Of a DNA stretch of 64,000 nt, positions 54,846 through 64,000 are shown piece by piece. How positions within the stretch are numbered: the stretch's first letter is position 1; each line of letters opens with the position of its first letter. This DNA is from Octopus vulgaris (Eukaryota), in the NCBI GenBank assembly GCA_951406725.2, contig OX597826.1, positions 51,460,001 through 51,524,000 on the forward strand, given 5' to 3'. Made by a program: the position numbers and the translations under genes. The notes under the pieces were generated by a model. The model was given only the letters and a program-made list of their open reading frames with translations. It was not told the DNA's origin and searched no databases.

Positions 54846-55579
54846 ATCATGCGTAATAAAACGAATACTTACTTCACAATATTTAATGCCTGGAGGCATA
54901 TGAAGGTTCGTATGCCTGCGTATAATAACGTTTTACATCTTTGTATACATATATGTATACACCTATGTTTATATACATACATCTATATATGTGGGGATAT
55001 ATATGTATGTAATGTATGTATGTTTGTAAGTTTATGTATGCATGTATGAATTTATAGGTTTGTTTATATGTCCTTTACAGAAGTATATAAGCAACCATTA
55101 ACATATCTGTGCATGTTTGTATGCAATGTGCAAGCGCATATGCCATTGCATGTATCAGTCTATATGTGTCGTCTTAGGAATAATTTGAATATACGTATGT
55201 TCGTATCTCTATATATGTTTATGTGTAAATATTAGGTTAAAGCTCCCGAAATATATTGGAGACGTTTGGCCATTTATCAATGTCATTTTTGTCGCATTTT
55301 TCTAATTCATTTTAACATTTGGGTTGTATGAAACACAGCAGCATTTCGTTTACGTTCATAAGTATACCATTAATCAAAGATACAATTCGAAAGTTTAGAT
55401 TTCAAATCTAGTAGCTGCAACCTTTTTATTAGATTGGTATAGATATTTATTCAATTAAATTTTATACTAACCCTGCTAATATATATGAGTGTTTGAGATT
55501 GTGTGTGTATGCTTGTGCGCACACACACACACACATATATACATACATAGAAATATATACGTAGATAGATACATACACA

Positions 55580-55613
<34 letters not shown>

Positions 55614-55623
55614 ATGTATGTAT

Positions 55624-55681
<58 letters not shown>

Positions 55682-56990
55682 ATTCCACATAATAAACTCT
55701 TGTGCAAGTGAAACCTACCACATTCTAACATTCATGGACCAAATCCTGAAACGAAATTCCGAACTAGTCTTATCATGCATGCACAAAATAAACATGAAGC
55801 CATTTCAAACCAATAATCTTTTCTAACGGCTAAACTTGTTAATATCCATTCATCCCCATACACCATAAATTATCCCCAAAATATAAAAATATATATAAAA
55901 ATACTCTTATAGCTTTACATTTTTTACACTAAACCAATACTTTTTATATCTAAAAGTCTCCCTATCTCCAATTAAAATCCCAAGAAAAAAAGTTTCTCGT
56001 ATAACTACGCACATCTATATACAAACACATAAAATTCATACTTGTATGCAAGCAAAACGAAAGAAAGCTCTCCTTTATCTTTTAAATTAGATCCTTTTAT
56101 ATTTTTGTTAGCATTTTTACACATGAATATATACATACCTTCTATATCAACCTCTCATTACTATGTAACTACAACAGAATTTGAAGAAATGTTATTAACA
56201 AACACCAAATAAGCTCTACCTACACAAAACAGGGAGGTTAAAATCCCTATATACTGATGAAATTGCTTATGGAACTATGCTAAAGAGAAACATCAACTTA
56301 TAACCTTTGCATAAATACTTTTCTGAACATCAAAACACAAGAGAAACAACTTTCTATACTAACAAGACCATAGTATGCTTGTCTAATAACCCTAAACTTA
56401 CAAATGAAAACAAAAAATACCCTAAATAACAAATAGAGAAATGACCAGCTTAAACTTACCCCCTTTCTACATTCTTTTGTGAAAGAAATATTGACACAAC
56501 CAATTACTAAAGGCTAAAGTAGTAGACTTTGTAACTTTGTCCTTTATATTGCTAAAGTAAAATGCAATAAAAATAAAGTTAAATGCAATAAAAAAAAGTA
56601 AAAACAAAATACTGTTGCACCTTCTGCCTACCCAACAAAAAAGAAATACCTATAGGCTTATTTACAAAATTTTACATGCATTACTATATTCTAAACAAAA
56701 AGATAACCCAAAATTTAATCAAATAAAACTTTGGCAAAAGACATTTACCATAACTACTAACACTAAAAACCTAATTATCACCTTACTCAAGCCCACTCAC
56801 GCAAAGATGGATTTAACTCAGCAGAGGCTAACTTTTCATCGCAGTCCGACGATGGCTTAGCTGGTCGAAACTTTGAAATGACTGTCAACCATATTCTTGT
56901 TTAAGAATATTAATTTTATCCACTACAAAGGTATAGAGCAGGTCATCAAATGAATGTTAAATTGTTTTAATTGTAATTGAACAACAAAAA
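55682..56990 (+). mobile_element. PLE 3' relic with a degenerate hammerhead, bounded by (TG)n and A-run/(TATC)n
   Basis: CASETYHILTF..ILKRNSELVLSCMHK resembles the PLE endonuclease end LNKRSELISKCRH. A/C-rich body; cagt-CCGACGA-tggc..gtc-GAAAC..actg at 56842-56884. Confidence 0.55.
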
Positions 56991-57009
56991 AAAAAAAAAG
57001 AAATACAGC

Positions 57010-57453
<444 letters not shown>

Positions 57454-58569
57454 TTACAGTTGTATGTGTTTGTATGTACGTTGATACATATATCTTTACA
57501 TTGATGTATACTGAAGAAATGATACTTTGATAACCTTCGGGCTTCTTTCCTCCAGGCTCATAAATAAATCAAAATTGATTTCTTTAACTAATATGATTCT
57601 AGTTAATTCATAGCAAAATATTCTACAGTTGAGACGATTTCCTCTTAACTTTCTCTCCACCCTGCATATCAACGAAATAGAATTACGTATAAAAACACGT
57701 CCACGTCTTAAACTATTTATTTCTTGGTTTATGTCTCTGCGAAAACTAACTGCTTATGAGAGAGGAAGAGAGGGATAGAAAGGGATGGAGAAAGTGAGAA
57801 AGAGAGAGAGAGAGAGAGGGAGAGAGGGAGAGAGCGAGAGAGAGAGAGAAATTTTAGTTTAGCGGCTAGTTTCTAGAACTGTAATTTGAACAACGGTTAA
57901 GTATGTGGTAAATTCAAGGAAATAGAAGAGAAAATGTAGAAGAGTCAAAAACAGAGAAGGAGAAAATGGAAGGAAGAGAAATGAGAAAGACAACGATGGA
58001 TATAGGGGGGAACTGCGTACGATAGAAGAATATGTTGTAAACAGAATTAAAAATCATTGCAAGGTCGTGTCACATGACAGGTAAGCGACACTGGAATACA
58101 GTTGGCAGTTTTCGGTTGGAACTTAAGAACAGAATTATTGACATAAAATGTATTAAAATCTAGTCAAGATTACACAAGCAAAAAAAAAAAAAAGATCGAA
58201 AGGAAAAAAGTAATGTTATATAAAATGTGAATCTTGTAATGTAACAAGTCTCGATATTATTACCCTGTTGGGAGGCTAGAATTTTTAGTTAAATTCACGC
58301 TGTTTATTGATAAAGAACCTGTATTGATTTCATTTAGTAGTTAGTGTGTTCTTCAGAATGATCTACTTTTTTTTGACTGTCATATTTCGAAATTTAGATG
58401 AATATATATAATCGTAGCACTTCATGAATTCGGTAAAAGGGAAGTGGTCGTACAACACACAACTTATATATCGCGCAGGATAACTTGCTTTTTCTCTATA
58501 TGATTTCCATTGACGGTAGAAAATTAATTCAAATTCAGTAATACCTGCAACGAGAGCATCCACTTCGGC

Positions 58570-58862
58570 CATGAATGAGATTGCACTTAGAGAGTAACCT
58601 TCCGAGGCAGAAATCTGGGCAAGGTTGTCTATGAAAAACCGGCAGTCGCTCATGCGTACCACCTCTCTCCACATCACTGAAGTAATCCAAGGGAAAGGCA
58701 AAAGCCGTTACAGCTTGGTACCAGTGACATCATAACCTGAGTGAACTGGAGTAACGTGAAATAAAGTGTCTTGCTCAAGAATACAACAGACCGGTGCGGG
58801 AATCGAACTTACTACCTCATGATTATAAGCACAACGCTCTAACTATTGAGCCATGTTCCTTC
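58570..58862 (-). mobile_element. Family-C SINE
   Basis: gggaatcgaac..ctctaactattgagccatg head; aaataaagtgtcttgctcaagaatacaac; atccaagggaaaggcaaaagcc. Confidence 0.75.
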
Positions 58863-59785
58863 CCGGTATCTGCAATAATGTCCTTGGAAATGATAAGCAT
58901 GTTGCAAAGTTTCAGTCTTCATCTATCTTGATGTATGAGGAGTTATGCTTTGCCGAAAATACCTGCGTAGATTAGCGTCGTAGACCAAGAATTTATCTCT
59001 CGGACACGATTTCGATAATATGTTTGAGTCAATTCGCTTATTTTAGAACGCCGGTGGGTTGAGGAAACGTGGATGTCCCACTTCTGTCTATTTGACGTCA
59101 CAAAGAAGCTAATGATTTTGTGAGTAACTCTCGTAGAGTAAATTAACATCGCTCTAAGCTTTGCTGATATCACTACATATTTGATGGTGTTTCGTTCACC
59201 GGCAGTTAATTATCCAGAGGACCCCAATGATATTTATAATTGTGTGAGATTTTGCGTGTATTAAAAAAAAAATTGAAATCAATCTAGTGCCATTACTACG
59301 AAGATATTAAAAACAGCGACACCAGATAAACGATTGAATAAATAAATAAAACAAATAAATAAACGATACTTTAAAGAAAAGCATCGAAAAGTGAAAGAAA
59401 TAACTTAGAGACGCCATCTGTATAATGTCTAATATATTTCTCTGTTGTAAATAATGTTGGGTTTTTGCAAAGTGAAGAGAACGAATAAATTTTATTTGCT
59501 GCTTATATGCAATTGTTTATTTCAAGATTGGTTTTTGTTCATGTGTAATTTATATAGTAGGTTAAGGATTAATAATATTATTGAAGGACACATATTATTC
59601 TGAGCAATAACTCAGAATAATATAAAGACAGTGATTGTAAGTGATATAAACGCAGCAAGCAAGATAAGTAAATAGAATAGTAATGTATAAAATGCATATA
59701 GTGTACACAGTAATTGATACTGTATATTGACGCTACGTGTATATTAGACGCTACTGAAGTGCTGTTTTAAAAGAATGTTCCACCT

Positions 59786-59824
<39 letters not shown>

Positions 59825-60049
59825 TTATAAATACAAGCATTCATGTGGAACTTAAAGGAGTCAATGTTCGCATAAAATACGAAATGGGAAAGCGTAGGAA
59901 TAACGATATAAAGAGCTGGATATTGTTATATATTGAGAAAACGTGTTCTGTGTATACAGATTCCTTTTAAATACTAGGTATTTGTAGAAAGGAAATGCCT
60001 GTTGACATTCCCTAAGGTATGGTAAAAAAAAAACGGGCAAGGAAATATT

Positions 60050-60800
60050 AATATTTTATTGAGTTCCGTTTGATAATCTCGATGGGTTTTGTATAATTCT
60101 CACTGCACAAATACTTCAAGTTAGCTTGTCAATCCTTCCGATATTAAATATCTTAATATTAACAAGAAATGTGATAGTGTCAACAGAAAGGCCGTATTAC
60201 ATATTCTACTGACATATGATATTCCAGATGAGATTGTCAAAAACATCACTATCAAGCTTTGTGCCAATAAAAAATAGTCGAGTAAAATAGTTTCTAACAA
60301 CAATAGTAATGCTTCAGGAATACACTCTCGCTTTTTCCTTTGTGATTGTAATGGACGACATTCTCAGGTAAAGATTTGACTCTTTTCAAGCAGAAGTGTT
60401 CAAGATATCAATAGAGTGCACATCTATTTGACTTTCACAATTCTGATTATCCTGCCCTCACGACGTATCAGCAATATTTATAGATCTCCCTTGAGATTGA
60501 TACAACCAAAGTCATTTTGTTTCTCAATATAAAAATACTACCTACATGCGCATCAATGAAGACGAAAGCCATCCGCCAATTTGTTCCAACAATAGCGCAC
60601 GACTCAATGAGGGCAATGATTTTAAGTTTCTGATGATAAGTAATAGTTCCTTGAGACTAATCTGTACTGTCGGTAAAAAGCTTCTAATCATCGGTCGATC
60701 AAGTATTTCAAAGTCAACTAGACTGGACTTCTACATTTTACAGTGTATTCTTCAATGGAACTAAAATCTGAGCTATGAATAAGGTGCAAAAGAGTCACTT
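60050..60800 (+). mobile_element. Ancient, heavily decayed RTE-group LINE RT region
   Basis: Colinear remnants RKAVLHILLTYDIPDEIVKNI; LQEYTLAFSFVIVMDDILR (compare LQGDTLAPFLF.IVLDY.LR); NDFKFL; SVFFNGTKI (compare SVLLYGSETW). Confidence 0.55.
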
Positions 60801-62564
60801 TCAGAGACAACAGACTGCTCATGGGGACTCAAGACAACTCATTGCCGAAGCAGAAGATCAAACAAAATTTATGGACACATTTCACTTATCTCTAATATTG
60901 TTTCTCAGTACAGTGTAGGTTTCATTGGATATTGCTTAACAACAGGGCTAGTCAGATATTACATTTTAGATGGTCTCGTAACCTAACATTTTATTATTGT
61001 TAGGGATAAATTACATAAAATGGAGTTTCGACAAAAGATAATGAAAGGCAGACGTTTTGGGCACGGCAATGTGGGACGCACCTCGGCTGCCCCTGCATGA
61101 AGAACAACGTAAACTGTGTGTGTTTTCAGTAAACACATTATTTTAGCCTCAGTGTATAGAGACCGTTGTGAAACCGTAGATTTATTTCTATATTTTAACT
61201 ATTGATTTTCGCACATTTCGTGGCTCTGCAGTCGTCCATTTTCTGTACATTATCTTAATGGTTCTTCCATCCTTATTCCGATTATTGTGGTTAAAGTTCA
61301 CAGTTCACATGTCTGCTCTTGTCTCTCTTACTTGCAGAAGTAATTAAAATAATATTAGCCAAGGAGTAAAATGTTTTTTTCCCCTCACTGCATAATTGTT
61401 TTCAGTTCTCTTTTTAACCTTATCTGCATATAATATAATAACTCTACACTCGCTATTGATAATATGACTGGGACCTGCGAAACTCTGTAGGAATACGAGT
61501 CAGTAATAAGAATTCATAATGAACACAACTCAGAGAGAGAGAGAGAGAGAGAGAACACATAATGCTCATACAAATATTCCAACAGAGATCCGCTGTTGTT
61601 GTTTAGCTTAAGGCCATCTTTGTTTTTAAAACTGTGACTTTCATATTGTTGTAGCGGTGTTTAAACTACATTATCTAATATAGTCTATGCTTTCCAGAAT
61701 GACGTTGCTTCGTTTCTGAACTCGATCCTAAACTGGTTGGGATTGAGAGCAATTTGAGAGCAAGTGTGTTGCCTTTCTCTCAATGCCTCATGCTAAGACC
61801 TTAAAGCAGCAGCAGTAGCATCAGAGGCAACAGCAGACATCCATTGCGTAGGATTCTCTCTTCTTTATTCACCTTACCGCTGCAATGTAGTTAATGTGCT
61901 TTCATGACACACTTCTATATTTCTTCATTAATGTTTACCATCTTAACACGAGAACTACTCGTCATTCTTACAAATAATGCATAAATCAATAATTTACCTT
62001 ATATTATTTAATTACGCTCTACATTTTTATAATATAACACTTTATGTTCGAATCCCGCTGAGCCTTTTTTTCTTTTGGGCTCGATAAAAATATAATATAC
62101 CAAGCGACGGTTTGGTACTTACTGGAACGTCGGATTGAATGTCTCTCAATCCCGACCCAGTGTGCACCGAGTTCAAATCCGGCTGGTCAACTCTGTTTTT
62201 CCTCTTTCTGGATTCGATTAAACAGTACCGATTCCAGGCGATACATTGGCGCAAATATAAGAACATCGGAGTGGATTACTTGTGGTACTTCTCTGGTTCT
62301 TTGCACATTGAGTTTAAATCCTATAACAGCCTACTTATTTGGGAGACTTTATTCATCATCCCGCTGGATCCATTCTATTGCAAATATTCGAGTCCACCCA
62401 TCTCAGAAGCCATGTAAACGGTCATATCTACTGCTATCTCTCATGACCAAAAAGTGCTAGTGTGGCGCTATTATTGATATCATTGTATTGCCAAAGGTTA
62501 ACCGCTGAACGACTAGACTTAGAAATAAAGAAGTTCTTGTCATGACCATTCCGTCTGATTAGAA

Positions 62565-63640
62565 TTCGGTTGTCAGATAAATTCACTGCTTTTATTTTTC
62601 ATTGGCAATTTTAATAAATCAATCAATAATATATTCCCCTTCATTGTTCACCACTTCAAAGCCTTGGTAGCAGAAATTACTGGGTCGTGATTCGAAGAAT
62701 TCCTGAAGCTACGTTTATTGCTCCACATTGTAGTTGACTGAAAAGCCTTGCAGATAAATGGAGAGTTATAGAAAAAAATACAATCTGAAGGCACTATGTC
62801 AGGAGAATACGGTCTAATACGGCATTACAGCATTTTTTTAACGCAGGAGCCAAGAGTTGTAGTTTAAAGAAGTACGCCGTGTCAGTGGCCGGATCGTTTC
62901 AGCTGACTTGCTTTGTTGATTCGGTGCATTTGTTGAACGTCAATCTCTGCATTAAGCATGTGCTTTGTTTCGTACTGAATTAGCCCTTCCCAATTCCACC
63001 AAATGCAAATCATTGTCTTGCGTAGATGCAACTCTGGTTTGGCTCGAGGTCTTGCTTGCTTGCTGGGACTCGGCAGTTCTTTCCTATGTTTTATACTGAC
63101 GTAAAGACCCCAGTTTCATCGCCAGTGTTCACTAGTAGCCCGGTGTCGAGTGAGTAAACCAGCGGTGATACAGGAGCACTGTAGTTTGTCTTTTTCGTTC
63201 AAAGCGTGTGGCGCACCATCACCGAGATTTACGACTTTACCTATGAAGTGGATGTGATGAATGGTGATATCATGAGAACATCCCATTTGCTGCGCAGATC
63301 TCGTGGATGAACTCATTCAATCGTTCCTCACTGAACTGAACAGGTCGGCCAGAACGCGAAAACGTTTGGGAAGTCGGAATTTACTTCCGTGAAACGTGAA
63401 CATAATTTTTGTCCAGTTCTTTCAACTATAGCTCCTTATCTGTATACAACACAACTGTCTCAAGCAGCTGTGGTTGCTTTGGAACTTTCGTTGAAAACAG
63501 GTGTCGAAAATGCTCATTTTGTCTACTTAGAACTCCACAGTCAACTTCCTGAAAAGAACCAACGTTTATTCAAATTTCAAAATCGATAAAGTAAAGCTGT
63601 AGTGGAAGAATAGAGCAACAAAAAGTAAGTAAATTAATAA
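62565..63640 (-). mobile_element. Decayed mariner element; transposase relic ~63538 to 62619
   Basis: NEHFRHLF; RSGRPVQFSEERLNE; APHALNE (WVPHEL motif); RPRAKPELHLRKTMICIWWNWEGLI; EVVNNEGEYIID*. Confidence 0.85.
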
Positions 63641-63797
63641 AGAAAATAGTAAAATAAAATGAAATAAAAACAGAACACTATGGTGAAAATATTTTTCGTA
63701 TGAATCCAAGTAACATTGGGAAGAAACAAAAAAAAAAATAACTCACCAACCATTATATCAGTGCTCATGTTGCATAATGCATTATTTTAATGATATA

Positions 63798-64000
63798 TAT
63801 TTCTTTACTACCCACAAGTGCTAAACACAGAGGGGACAAACAAGGACAGACAAACGGATTAAGTCGATTACATCGATCCCAGTGCGTAACTGGTACTTAA
63901 TTTATCGACCCTGAAAGGATGAAAGGCAAAGTCGACCTCGACGGAATTTGAACTCAGAACGTAACGGCAGACGAAATACGGCTACGCATTTCGCCCGGCG
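63798..64000 (-). mobile_element. Well-preserved family-A SINE (long-tail type), running off the window end
   Basis: Reverse complement of the 1057-1259 and 13120-13348 units. Confidence 0.92.

Noticed and set aside
58363-58701. 112-aa minus-strand ORF
   Set aside because: It starts inside a family-C SINE and has no recognisable domain.
60340-60370. VMDDIL as an LTR-retrotransposon YxDD motif
   Set aside because: The surrounding residues fit the non-LTR QG-motif helix better.

Overview
Eukaryotic, very AT-rich, microsatellite-dense non-coding DNA. The SINE families and repeat landscape point to an octopus (coleoid cephalopod) genome; this is an inference from recognition, not a database result. 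No intact host gene is supported. Nearly all listed ORFs are translations of simple repeats or transposon relics, so the window is probably intergenic or one large intron, and there is one weak exon candidate at 463-529. It contains three tRNA-derived SINE families (one forming head-to-tail multimers) and relics of Penelope-like elements (PLEs), R4/Dong, RTE and CR1-type LINEs, Helitrons, mariner/Tc1/pogo elements, and several foldback inverted repeats. The most interesting signal is six hammerhead-ribozyme-like motifs. Five lie near the 3' ends of strand-asymmetric 0.5-1.5 kb inserts bounded by microsatellites, and some of those inserts still carry PLE coding remnants. Two motifs have unusually long stem II helices. 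The sixth (19949-20008, minus strand) keeps a complete minimal catalytic core.
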